Positions 18,888 through 29,015 of a stretch of 64,000 bases of DNA are shown here, one piece after another. Source of the DNA: an uncultured Planctomycetaceae bacterium (GTDB taxonomy: Bacteria > Planctomycetota > Planctomycetia > Pirellulales > PALSA-1355); NCBI GenBank assembly GCA_963785305.1, contig CAWAUV010000005.1:608001-672000 (forward strand), written 5' to 3'. Below the pieces are notes generated by a model. The model was not told the origin of the DNA. It was given only the letters and a program-made list of their open reading frames with translations, and did not search any database. The position numbers and the translations under genes are program-made. Numbering within the stretch: position 1 is the first letter of the stretch; every line of letters starts with the position of its first letter.

Positions 18888-20030
18888 ATGATTTCCTTTG
18901 TTGACGATACGAAATTACGCATCGTCGTTTGTTGGACGCATCTTTCGGGCTATATGGCCGCCTGCTGGCACGCGCTGCGAGCCTATCCCCGAGTCGAACT
19001 GCGGGTCATCGCTTTCGCCGACGAATCGCAAGAAACCTGCACGGCTTACGATGCAAGTCTCGTGGCCGGTCTCGATTGCCACTTGCTCAGCCCGGCGGAG
19101 CGAGGCGAGCCCGCGGCGATGGCCGCGAAGGTGCGCGAGTTGGTCGCGGACTTCAGGCCCGATGTCGTGATTATCGCCGGGTGGGCGATCAACACTTATG
19201 TGCGGCTCGCGCGAGACCCGGCTTTCGACTCCAGCCTGTTTTTCATGATGATCGATACACAATGGCTTGGCACGTTACGACAGCGGCTCGGCAGGTTCAA
19301 GATCGCGGGACTTCTCTCGCGGATCGATCTCGTGATCGGGCCGGGCGAGCGCACATTTCAATTTGCGCGCCGGATCGGAATTCCGGAAAAAAAGATCCGC
19401 CGCGGAATGTATTCAGTTGACTTCGCCAGCCTAAGAACGGCGCTCGACGAACGCTTGCGGGCGTCTAGCGGTTGGCCGCGGCGATTTCTTTATGTCGGGC
19501 GATATGTCGACGTCAAGGCGATCGATGTGCTGCTCGCGGCCTATCGCCGATACCGTCAAACGACGCCCGAACCTTGGCCGCTGGCTTGCTGTGGCTCGGG
19601 CCCTTGGCAAGAACAGATTCGCCAAGCTGAAGGGGTCGAAGACCTGGGTTTCGTGCAGCCGCGAGATTTGCCTAGCGTGTTCGCGCGGCATGGCGTGTTC
19701 GTGCTGGCGAGTCGCTATGAGCCGTGGGGTCTGGTTGTGGCCGAGGCCGCCGCGGCGGGGCTGCCGGTGGTATGCAGCGAGGCTTGCGGCGCGGGCGCCG
19801 ATGTGGTTCGTTCGTATTGGAACGGCATCGCCGTGGAAACCGGCAGCGTCTCGGCGCTGGCCGCAGCCTTCGTTTGGTGCCACAATCACGCGTCGTTGCT
19901 TCCCGAGTTTGGGCGACGCGGACAATCGCTCGCCGCGCCTTTTAGCGCCGAGGCCTGGGCAGATCGGATTGTAAACTACATAGACGAGCTTCGTTGCGAA
20001 ACCCGTCTCTCGAACCAATCGGGCTCCTGA
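18888..20030 (+). CDS. Glycosyltransferase family 4
   Basis: FLYVGR, SRYEPWGLVVAEAAAAGLPVV. Confidence 0.93.
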   Translation: MISFVDDTKLRIVVCWTHLSGYMAACWHALRAYPRVELRVIAFADESQETCTAYDASLVAGLDCHLLSPAERGEPAAMAAKVRELVADFRPDVVIIAGWAINTYVRLARDPAFDSSLFFMMIDTQWLGTLRQRLGRFKIAGLLSRIDLVIGPGERTFQFARRIGIPEKKIRRGMYSVDFASLRTALDERLRASSGWPRRFLYVGRYVDVKAIDVLLAAYRRYRQTTPEPWPLACCGSGPWQEQIRQAEGVEDLGFVQPRDLPSVFARHGVFVLASRYEPWGLVVAEAAAAGLPVVCSEACGAGADVVRSYWNGIAVETGSVSALAAAFVWCHNHASLLPEFGRRGQSLAAPFSAEAWADRIVNYIDELRCETRLSNQSGS

Positions 20031-20596
20031 ACCCGTCCGCCGTGAATACACCACTCCAAACCAACTTCAGCGGCTTCATTAATCCGCACAGCTTTGGGAA
20101 CAAGGTCGCCCGGGCGCTGTGGAAATGCGCGTGGCTGGGGCTATTTCGGTTTAGCCCGTGGATCTGTTTCGGCTGGCGAAATCTGATCTTGTGCGCATTC
20201 GGCGCCAAGATCGGCGATGCGCGGATTCATCCGAGCGTCGTGGTTTGGGCCCCATGGCTCTTGCGCATCGGCGATGGGTGCCATATCGGCGAGGAAGTCA
20301 ATTTCTACAACCCTTATGAAATCGTGGTGGGGGATCGGGTCGTGATCTCGCGCGGGGCGGTGCTGTGCACTCCGTCGCATGACTATCGCGATCCGCGCTA
20401 TGCGCTCTCGGGCAGCAAGATCACGGTGGAAGACGACTGCTGGATATGCACCGAGGCCTTTTTGCTGCCGGGAGTGACGATCGGCGCCGGCGCTGTCGTG
20501 GGCGCCCGAGCCGTAACGCCCCGCGATGTTCCACCCTGGACCGTCGTGGCTGGCAACCCGGCGACCATCGTGTGCTCCCGCGAACTCCGTGAATAA
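19994..20596 (+). CDS. WcaF-like hexapeptide-repeat acetyltransferase
   Basis: FGAKIG, PWLLRIGD, I.VEDDCWI...LPGVTIG.GAVVGA, VVAGNPA. True start may be GTG 20042. Confidence 0.88.
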   Translation: MRNPSLEPIGLLNPSAVNTPLQTNFSGFINPHSFGNKVARALWKCAWLGLFRFSPWICFGWRNLILCAFGAKIGDARIHPSVVVWAPWLLRIGDGCHIGEEVNFYNPYEIVVGDRVVISRGAVLCTPSHDYRDPRYALSGSKITVEDDCWICTEAFLLPGVTIGAGAVVGARAVTPRDVPPWTVVAGNPATIVCSRELRE

Positions 20597-20781
20597 CCCG
20601 CCGCCAATGCAAATCCAAAGCGCTGGCGAAGGTAACGTGAAAACTTCCATTTCCTCCGACCGGCAACCGGTTTCCGCGGCCGCGTTACATGGTAAATTGA
20701 TTGGCGCCCCCGCCCCCAAAGGTTGCCGCGTCGCGCGGCGCACGATCGCAACACCCAACATTCGACGCAGCCAAGCGTGCC

Positions 20782-21211
20782 ATGATTCGCCTCGGCCAAT
20801 TCGTCTTCGATCTGCCGACCTTGGTGCGCCGGTGGTGCGCCCGGCGTCGACCGCTTTCGCTGGGCGAGCGCGGCGAGCGCGCGTCGGTCGCGTTTCTGCG
20901 CCGGCAGCGCTATGAGATCGTGGCCCGCGGTTTTCGGCGCGGGGAGATCGATATCGTGGCGGTCGATGGCCGCACGATTGTGTTCGTCGAGGTCAAGACC
21001 CGGCAAACCACCGTGGCCGGCGAACCGAGCGCCGCGGTCGACGGGGCCAAACAGCGGCGCATCACGCGCGGAGCGCAGGTCTTTCTCGCGCGCCATGGCC
21101 TCGAAGGCTACCGCGTTCGTTTCGATGTGATCGGCGTGCTGTGGCCGTCGGGAGAACCCAAGCCGGGGATCGAGCATTCTGAAAGACGCTTTCGAGGCCA
21201 GCGGCGATTGA
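20782..21211 (+). CDS. yraN: YraN family protein (indel ~21178)
   Basis: LGERGE..., [23 protein letters not shown]. The corrected frame ends [11 protein letters not shown]. Confidence 0.88.
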
Positions 21212-21278
21212 TCTCGCCGCGAGGCCTGTTTCGGTTCGCCCGAGCCCAACGCGGCGAATCCTCCTTCGCGAAGACACG

Positions 21279-22227
21279 ATGGCGGAATTCTCGCTCCACG
21301 ACTGCTGGTTTCTCACCGGGCCCACGGCCGGCGGCAAAAGCGCCGTGGGAGTCGAACTGGCGCGGCGCCTGTCGGGCGAAGTGCTTTCGATGGATTCGAT
21401 CGCGATCTACCGCGGCCTCGATATCGGCGCCGCCAAACCCACGGCCGCCGAGCGCCGCGGCGCCGCATCGGTTGCTCGATTTGGTCGAGCCCGATGTCGA
21501 ATACAGTCTCTCGGACTATCTCGCCGCCGCGCATCGCGCCCTGGAAGAAGTCCGCGCCCGCGGTCGGACGCCGATCTTCGTCGGCGGCACGGGCCTTTAT
21601 TTGAAAGGTCTGCTGCGCGGGGTATTCGCCGGGCCGCCGGCCGATTGGGAACTGCGCCGTGAACTGGATGCGTTCGCCGACCAAGCGGGCAGCGAGGCAT
21701 TGCACTCGCGACTCGCTGAAGTCGATCCCCAGGCCGCGGCCCGCTTGCATCCGCGCGATCGGCGCCGCGTGATCCGCGCGCTCGAAGTATGGACCAAGAC
21801 CGGCCGGCCGATTAGCGAGTGGCAGCAGCAGTTCGACCGACCGGCGCCCGCCGAGAAGTGCCGAGCCTTTTATTTGCACTGGCCGCGAGCGACCCTGGCC
21901 GCTCGAATCGACGCCCGGGTTGACGCCATGTTCGCCGCGGGACTGCTCGAGGAAGCAAGTCGCCTGCTGCGCGCATCCACGCCGCCGGGCCGCACTGCCC
22001 GGCAAGCGCTCGGCTATCGCGAGATATTCGAGTCCCTAGAGGGCGCCCGAGATATTGCGTCGACGATCGCGCTCATCAAGACTCGCACTCGCCAGTTTGC
22101 CAAGCGGCAAGGGGTGTGGTTTCGCTCGCTCGCTGAACTGCGGCCAATTCCGGTCGACGAACCATTCGAAGCCGCCCGCGTGGCCGAGGCAATTCTCTCG
22201 GCCGCCCAAGAGCCGACGGGGCCGTGA
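21279..22227 (+). CDS. miaA: tRNA dimethylallyltransferase (indel ~21460)
   Basis: [52 protein letters not shown]. Confidence 0.95.
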
Positions 22228-22388
22228 GAGGTGAATTGCCCTGGGCGCCGGAAAGCGTGGCTTTTTTGCCAAAACTCGAATGAAATGGGAACTTCCGCGC
22301 CCCTCGCGGCGTCGTAAGCTTACAATGAGCGATTGACCCTTTGAATCGCCACTTCCAACATCCTTCCGTTCCGGGAGCTTCGCCGATC

Positions 22389-24503
22389 ATGCGACACGAC
22401 CCAGCGTTTGCCTTGCGCCGTATTTCCCCGAGTCTCATGGTGCTCGCAATCCTGGGAACCGCAAGTTTTCCCGACGCCCTTGCCGCCGCCGACAAGCAGC
22501 CGGCGGCCGACCTGCCGCTGTCGAAGGTGGTGATGTTCACCTCCGGCGTGGGCTATTTCGAGCACAAGGGCAATGTGAAGAACGACGCGGCGGTGGAGCT
22601 CAAGTTCAATTCGAGCGACATCAACGACTTGCTCAAGAGTCTGGTGCTCGAGGACCAGGGCGGCGGCCATATTTCGACCGTGACCTATGGCTCGAAGGAC
22701 CCGATCACCAAGACCCTGCAAACCTTCGCCATCGACCTGACGAGCAATCCGACGCTCGGCCAGATTCTGAATCAAGTGCGCGGCGAGGCGGTGAAGGTCA
22801 ACGCGCCGAACGAAATCACGGGCGTGATCCTGGGGGTCGAGCCGCGTCGAAAAGAAGTCGGCCCGAACCTGCCGCCGGTGGAATATGAAGTGTTGAACCT
22901 GCTGACCGACGACGGGATGCGGGGAGTGTCGCTCGATTCGGTCGGTCATGTGAAGCTGGTCAATGAAAAGCTCGATGCCGAACTGCGGCAAGCGCTCAAG
23001 ACGCTGGCGATGAGCCATTCGACGGACAAGAAGAGCGTGACGCTCAATTTCCAAGGGGCCGGCGAGCGGCCGGTGCGCGTGGGTTACATTCAAGAAACGC
23101 CGATCTGGCAGACGAGTTATCGGCTGGTGCTGGCCGACAAGGAGCCGCCGTTCTTGCAAGGCTGGGCAATCGTCGAAAACACGACCGAGCAAGATTGGAA
23201 CAAAGTCGATCTGACGCTCATCAGCGGCCGACCGATTTCATTCGTGATGGACCTCTATCAGCCGCTCTATATCCAGCGGCCGGTCGTCGAACCGGAACTC
23301 TATGCGTCGCTTAAGCCGCAAAAATATGGTCAAAACTTGGACGAGGATAGCTTCGCCGAGGCCAGCGGCCCCCCGGCGGCGCGTGAGAAGCAGATGCGAA
23401 AAAGCGTGATGGCCGCCGCGGCGGCGCCGGCCGCGGCGCCGATGGCTTTTGGGATGGCCGGCGAACGGGGCCTCGCGGATGCCACGAGAAGGCAAGAATC
23501 TCTCCAACTCAACCGCGGGGTGCAATCCGCCGCCCAGGGCGGCGACGTGGGCGAGCTGTTCCAATATGTGATCGCCACGCCGGTCACGCTGCCGCGTCAG
23601 CAGTCGGCGATGTTGCCGATCGTGAATGAATCGGTCAAAGGCGAGAAAGTCTCGATCTACAACCAAAGCGTCGAGGCCAAGCATCCGCTCTCGGGCCTAC
23701 GGCTCAAGAACGCGACGGAACTACACTTGATGCAAGGCCCGATCACGGTGTTCGACGCCGGCGCCTATGCCGGCGACGCGCGGATCGAAGACCTGCCCCC
23801 CGGCGGCGAGCGTCTCATCAGCTACGCCATCGATCTCGACACCGAAGTTGCGCCCGAGGTCAAAAGCCAGCCGCAACTCTTGGTGCAAGTGCGCTTGGCG
23901 AAGGGCGTGCTGATGGCCGACTACCGTTATGCGCGGGAAACGCACTACACGATCAAGAACGGCGGCAAGCACGCCAAGACGGTGCTCGTGGAAACCCCGC
24001 TCGAAGCCGGCTGGAGCCTGGTGACTCCCAAGGAGCCGAGCGAAAAGACGCGCGACCTGTACCGCTTCGCGGTCACGGCCGAGCCGAAGAAGCCGGCCAA
24101 GCTCGAAGTGCGCGAGGAGCGCACCATGCGGCAAGACATGGCGCTCACGAACCTCGACGACAACGCCATCAACTTCTACATCAGCCAGCCGGTGGTGAGC
24201 GACGCGGTGAAGGCCGCGATGAAGGAAGTGGTTGCCCGCAAGGTGGCGATTCAGCAAGTGGTCGAGCGTCGCCAAACCCTGGACAAACAAATCGGCGTGA
24301 TCGACAGCGAGCAAAGCCGCATTCGGCAAAACATGAACCAACTCGATCACAACTCCGACCTGTACAAGAAATACGTCACCAAGTTCTCGAACCAAGAAGA
24401 CGAAGTCGAGAAACTGCGCGCCGAAATCAAAACTCTGACCGCCGAGGAAGGCAAACTCCGCCAATCGCTCGACCACTACCTGCTCGGACTCGACTTGAAA
24501 TAG
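22389..24503 (+). CDS. DUF4139-like secreted protein, copy 1
   Basis: Signal peptide; LP+.KVV+F.SGVGYFEH, INDLLKSL, W.TSYRL, LQGWAIVEN, GELFQY. Confidence 0.8.
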   Translation: MRHDPAFALRRISPSLMVLAILGTASFPDALAAADKQPAADLPLSKVVMFTSGVGYFEHKGNVKNDAAVELKFNSSDINDLLKSLVLEDQGGGHISTVTYGSKDPITKTLQTFAIDLTSNPTLGQILNQVRGEAVKVNAPNEITGVILGVEPRRKEVGPNLPPVEYEVLNLLTDDGMRGVSLDSVGHVKLVNEKLDAELRQALKTLAMSHSTDKKSVTLNFQGAGERPVRVGYIQETPIWQTSYRLVLADKEPPFLQGWAIVENTTEQDWNKVDLTLISGRPISFVMDLYQPLYIQRPVVEPELYASLKPQKYGQNLDEDSFAEASGPPAAREKQMRKSVMAAAAAPAAAPMAFGMAGERGLADATRRQESLQLNRGVQSAAQGGDVGELFQYVIATPVTLPRQQSAMLPIVNESVKGEKVSIYNQSVEAKHPLSGLRLKNATELHLMQGPITVFDAGAYAGDARIEDLPPGGERLISYAIDLDTEVAPEVKSQPQLLVQVRLAKGVLMADYRYARETHYTIKNGGKHAKTVLVETPLEAGWSLVTPKEPSEKTRDLYRFAVTAEPKKPAKLEVREERTMRQDMALTNLDDNAINFYISQPVVSDAVKAAMKEVVARKVAIQQVVERRQTLDKQIGVIDSEQSRIRQNMNQLDHNSDLYKKYVTKFSNQEDEVEKLRAEIKTLTAEEGKLRQSLDHYLLGLDLK

Positions 24504-26660
24504 TTAAATACCTTCTTTCCCACTGGGAGCTTGATTCATTATGCGACACTTCCCTCGGCGTCACGCGAGCCGCAATCCGTCGAGCGTGTTTCTCTGCTCG
24601 GCCCTCGGGTTGGCGAGCGTTTGCCCGGCCTTCGCGGCGGAGGACAAGCAGCCGGCGGCCGACCTGCCGCTGTCGAAGGTGGTGATGTTCACCTCCGGCG
24701 TGGGCTATTTCGAGCACAAGGGCAATGTGAAGAACGACGCGGCGGTGGAGCTCAAGTTCAATTCGAGCGACATCAACGACTTGCTCAAGAGTCTGGTGCT
24801 CGAGGACCAGGGCGGCGGCCATATTTCGACCGTGACCTATGGCTCGAAGGACCCGATCACCAAGACCCTGCAAACCTTCGCCATCGACCTGACGAGCAAT
24901 CCGACGCTCGGCCAGATTCTGAATCAAGTGCGCGGCGAGGCGGTGAAGGTCAACGCGCCGAACGAAATCACGGGCGTGATCCTGGGGGTCGAGCCGCGTC
25001 GAAAAGAAGTCGGCCCGAACCTGCCGCCGGTGGAATATGAAGTGTTGAACCTGCTGACCGACGACGGGATGCGGGGAGTGTCGCTCGATTCGGTCGGTCA
25101 TGTGAAGCTGGTCAATGAAAAGCTCGATGCCGAACTGCGGCAAGCGCTCAAGACGCTGGCGATGAGCCATTCGACGGACAAGAAGAGCGTGACGCTCAAT
25201 TTCCAAGGGGCCGGCGAGCGGCCGGTGCGCGTGGGTTACATTCAAGAAACGCCGATCTGGCAGACGAGTTATCGGCTGGTGCTGGCCGACAAGGAGCCGC
25301 CGTTCTTGCAAGGCTGGGCAATCGTCGAAAACACGACCGAGCAAGATTGGAACAAAGTCGATCTGACGCTTATCAGCGGCCGACCGATTTCATTCGTGAT
25401 GGACCTCTATCAGCCGCTCTATATCCAGCGGCCGGTCGTCGAACCGGAACTCTATGCGTCGCTTAAGCCGCAGACCTATCGCCAAAATATGCTTCGCGAG
25501 CAAGAGGAGCTCGCCATGGATGCGCTGGAGCGAGACGGCGCTGACAAAGCCGCCGCGAATAAACCCCTATCGAGGGCCATGGCCAAACGGAGCGAGGATC
25601 GCGCCGGTGGCGGCGTAGGCGCCGCTAACGGAGCATATGCAATGCGTGCCGGGAAGGGCCAAAATGCCCTGGACTTTCGTCGCGGGGTGCAATCCGCCGC
25701 CCAGGGCGGCGACGTGGGCGAGCTGTTCCAATATGTGATCGCCACGCCGGTCACGCTGCCGCGTCAGCAGTCGGCGATGTTGCCGATCGTGAATGAATCG
25801 GTCAAAGGCGAGAAAGTCTCGATCTACAACCAAAGCGTCGAGGCCAAGCATCCGCTCTCGGGCCTACGGCTCAAGAACGCGACGGAACTACACTTGATGC
25901 AAGGCCCGATCACGGTGTTCGACGCCGGCGCCTATGCCGGCGACGCGCGGATCGAAGACCTGCCCCCCGGCGGCGAGCGTCTCATCAGCTACGCCATCGA
26001 TCTCGACACCGAAGTCGCGCCCGAGGTCAAAAGCCAGCCGCAACTCTTGGTGCAAGTGCGCTTGGCGAAGGGCGTGCTGATGGCCGACTACCGTTATGCG
26101 CGGGAAACGCACTACACGATCAAGAACGGCGGCAAGCACGCCAAGACGGTGCTCGTGGAAACCCCGCTCGAAGCCGGCTGGAGCCTGGTGACTCCCAAGG
26201 AGCCGAGCGAAAAGACGCGCGACCTGTACCGCTTCGCGGTCACGGCCGAGCCGAAGAAGCCGGCCAAGCTCGAAGTGCGCGAGGAGCGCACCATGCGGCA
26301 AGACATGGCGCTCACGAACCTCGACGACAACGCCATCAACTTCTACATCAGCCAGCCGGTGGTGAGCGACGCGGTGAAGGCCGCGATGAAGGAAGTGGTT
26401 GCCCGCAAGGTGGCGATTCAGCAAGTGGTCGAGCGTCGCCAAACCCTGGACAAACAAATCGGCGTGATCGACAGCGAGCAAAGCCGCATTCGGCAAAACA
26501 TGAACCAACTCGATCACAACTCCGACCTGTACAAGAAATACGTCACCAAGTTCTCGAACCAAGAAGACGAAGTCGAGAAACTGCGCGCCGAAATCAAAAC
26601 TCTGACCGCCGAGGAAGGCAAACTCCGCCAATCGCTCGACCACTACCTGCTCGGACTCGA
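22491..26660 (+). repeat. Tandem near-perfect duplication in two blocks
   Basis: 22491-23320 matches 24643-25472, and 23514-24493 matches 25681-26660. I saw one synonymous difference per block. Confidence 0.95.
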
Positions 26661-26670
26661 TATCAAATAA
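24541..26670 (+). CDS. DUF4139-like secreted protein, copy 2
   Basis: Near-identical to copy 1 outside the signal peptide and a central segment. Confidence 0.8.
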   Translation: MRHFPRRHASRNPSSVFLCSALGLASVCPAFAAEDKQPAADLPLSKVVMFTSGVGYFEHKGNVKNDAAVELKFNSSDINDLLKSLVLEDQGGGHISTVTYGSKDPITKTLQTFAIDLTSNPTLGQILNQVRGEAVKVNAPNEITGVILGVEPRRKEVGPNLPPVEYEVLNLLTDDGMRGVSLDSVGHVKLVNEKLDAELRQALKTLAMSHSTDKKSVTLNFQGAGERPVRVGYIQETPIWQTSYRLVLADKEPPFLQGWAIVENTTEQDWNKVDLTLISGRPISFVMDLYQPLYIQRPVVEPELYASLKPQTYRQNMLREQEELAMDALERDGADKAAANKPLSRAMAKRSEDRAGGGVGAANGAYAMRAGKGQNALDFRRGVQSAAQGGDVGELFQYVIATPVTLPRQQSAMLPIVNESVKGEKVSIYNQSVEAKHPLSGLRLKNATELHLMQGPITVFDAGAYAGDARIEDLPPGGERLISYAIDLDTEVAPEVKSQPQLLVQVRLAKGVLMADYRYARETHYTIKNGGKHAKTVLVETPLEAGWSLVTPKEPSEKTRDLYRFAVTAEPKKPAKLEVREERTMRQDMALTNLDDNAINFYISQPVVSDAVKAAMKEVVARKVAIQQVVERRQTLDKQIGVIDSEQSRIRQNMNQLDHNSDLYKKYVTKFSNQEDEVEKLRAEIKTLTAEEGKLRQSLDHYLLGLDIK

Positions 26671-26728
26671 CTTCCGGCAGTGATCCCGCGAAACCGGCTT
26701 TCCCATATCGCTCGCGGACCGGAGCGTT

Positions 26729-26971
26729 CTAAGGCGGATCGTAACCGCCGGGATGCCAGGGATGGCACCGGCAGATGCGTTTCACGCCGCGCCAGCCGCC
26801 GCGCACCACGCCGTGGCGCTCCACCGCGCCGAGCATATAGTTGCTACAAGAAGGCTCGAACCGACACACTCGCGGCAGCCAACTGCTCAGTAGCAGTTGA
26901 TAAGCCCGCACCGCGATCACGAGGCCGAACCACGGCGTGGCCACGATCGCTTGCCAAAGTATTCGTATCAT
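26729..26971 (-). CDS. yidD: Membrane protein insertion efficiency factor
   Basis: YQ...S......CRFEPSCSNY...A+..HG...G.W.G+KRICRCHPWHPGGYDPP. Confidence 0.95.
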   Translation of the reverse strand: MIRILWQAIVATPWFGLVIAVRAYQLLLSSWLPRVCRFEPSCSNYMLGAVERHGVVRGGWRGVKRICRCHPWHPGGYDPP

Positions 26972-27406
26972 GGCGATGTCGGTCGAGCCTCGTTGCCAGC
27001 GCCGCCAGAGCGCGGTGCGCGCCGCCAGCCGGGCGGCCGCCTGCCGCGCGAGTCGCTCGAGCGATGCCCGCAGGCTGGCGAGCGCCGGCGGCTCGCTCGC
27101 GCGCGGGATCACGATCAGATCGATTCCCAGGGGCAATTGCGGCCGCGAGAGGCGAAAAGCCTCGCGAATCAACCGCTTCCAGCGATTTCGCCGCACGGCG
27201 CCGCCTACCTTGCGCGATACCGAAAGCCCCAGCCGCGGGCGCCCGAGCGCATTTTCACATACAAACACCAAAATCGCTCCGTCCGCCGCGCTCCGGCGCC
27301 GGGCATACACGCAATCGAACTCCGCTGGCCGCCGCAGTCGATCTTCCGGACGAAATCGCTGATCGACGCGCGAAGCCGCCGGCTGGAATGAAGCGTTGTC
27401 GTTCAT
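26968..27406 (-). CDS. rnpA: Ribonuclease P protein component
   Basis: RLRRPAEF..VY, RLGLSVSRKVGGAVRRNRWKRLIREAFRL. In frame with yidD as sequenced. Confidence 0.93.
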
Positions 27407-27416
27407 GATTGTTCGT

Positions 27417-27827
27417 TCACAATGCCTTATCGTCCGACGCATCGCGTTTCGGCGCCAGCGAGTTGCGAGCCCAGGCGTCGGGGTCGAGCCGCGTCGGCGG
27501 CAAGGGGCCGCTGATCTGGCGCCGCCAAGCGCGCATCAAATAGGCAATCACCACCACCATCGCCAGCACCGTAAACAGGAGCAGCGCCGTGGCGCCGATC
27601 AGGCGAAGCTGCAGCGAAACCCGTTGCGGCGCCGGCTGCTGTTGCTGGGCCAGGGGCTCGCCGGGCGCCGGGACTTCGACCGGCAGCGCGGAAGTCGACG
27701 CCGGCAAAGTCGGCTCGGCGTGGTCGGGCGATGAAGGCACGGCGGCGTTCTCGAAAAAAATGCGTCTGTCGCTACCAGTGCAGGTCGGCCCGGGCCGCCG
27801 CGGGTTTTCCGGCGTCGGTGTGGGCAT
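27417..27827 (-). CDS. Hypothetical single-TM protein
   Basis: Hydrophobic segment and DPDAW tail; lies between the DnaJ-class gene and rnpA; start uncertain. Confidence 0.5.
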   Translation of the reverse strand: MPTPTPENPRRPGPTCTGSDRRIFFENAAVPSSPDHAEPTLPASTSALPVEVPAPGEPLAQQQQPAPQRVSLQLRLIGATALLLFTVLAMVVVIAYLMRAWRRQISGPLPPTRLDPDAWARNSLAPKRDASDDKAL

Positions 27828-28769
27828 CGATCTGGCGAATGAGGTTCAACGTTTCTTCATCGAGCGGCTTGGGCAACATGATTTGGATTTCGGCATAGAG
27901 ATCGCCGGCCGGGCGGCCCTTGGCCGCCACGCCGTGTCCCTTGACCCGAAGCTTCGTGCCACTCGACGTGCCCGGCGGCACGCGGAGGGAAATCACGCCC
28001 TTGGGCGTGGGCAAGTCGATCTTGGCGCCGAGCGCGGCCTCGGCCAGCGTCACCGGCGCCTTCACATCCAGGTGATCGCCGCGGCGCTGGAAATGCGAAT
28101 GCGGGCGCACATGCACCGTCACCAGCAAATCGCCCGGCGGCGCGTCGTCGGGCTGCTCGCCCTGGTTGCGGAGTCGAATTTTTTTGCCGTCTTCGATCCC
28201 GGCCGGAATCTTCACGGTGATCGTTTCCACGCGGCCGTCTTCGCGCCGCAGCATCATTTGCGTCTCGCCGCCGGTGACCGCGGTGGTGAAGGGAATTTCG
28301 AGTTCGGCCTCGACATTGGCCCCGCGACGTGGCCCGGTCGAAGCTCGGCCGCCGCGTCCGGAGCGGGGCCCCCGAAATTGCGAGAACAGATCGGAAAATC
28401 CGCCGCTGCTAGCGCCGGGATCGCCGCCGCCGAAGATCGAGCTAAAGTCGAAGCCCTCGGCGCTGCCTCCGCCAAAGCCGCCTCCGGGATACGCGCCGCG
28501 AAATCCGCCCGCCGCGCCGTCGGGGCCACCCGGACCGCCGCGGCCGCTCATTGCCTCAAACGATTCGCCATGCCGATCGTAGAGCTCCCGCTTGGCCGGA
28601 TCATTGAGCACATCGAACGCGCGTTGCACCTCTTGAAATTTCTTGGTCGCGGCCTTGTCGTCGGGATGCAAGTCGGGATGATACTTGCGCGAGCTTGCGA
28701 TAGGCTTTTTGAATCTCGTCGTTCGAGGCGCCGCGCAACACCGAGCACTTGATAATAATCTTCTGCCAT
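27772..28769 (-). CDS. DnaJ-class chaperone (CbpA-like, no Zn finger; indels in J domain)
   Basis: MAEDYYQVLGV, IQKAYRKLA, HPD, G/F-rich region, DnaJ C-terminal (KIPAG..DG..IRL, GDL, EAALG). Confidence 0.92.
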
Positions 28770-29015
28770 CCGACGCTTTGTCCCAGTTTAAATTGCCCGA
28801 GCGCGGTCGACGAACCCCAAATAGTCGTTTTCGCCCGCCCGATCCGCGATGCTTTCAGTCTACCAACCGCGATCGCCAAGGTGTAGAGCGAGCCCACGCG
28901 AACGACCGCAACCATTGCCGCCGGGCTACTTGTCGGGGACAATGGAGGCTGGGGATCCGACGAGCGGAGAGCAAATTGCGAGGAATCGCGGATTTCGCGC
29001 TCGAGCGGTCCATCG

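Noticed and set aside
20701..22227. YraN-MiaA fusion ORF of 508 aa
   Set aside because: Two indels explain it. Separate yraN (stop 21211) and miaA (ATG 21279) frames are evident.
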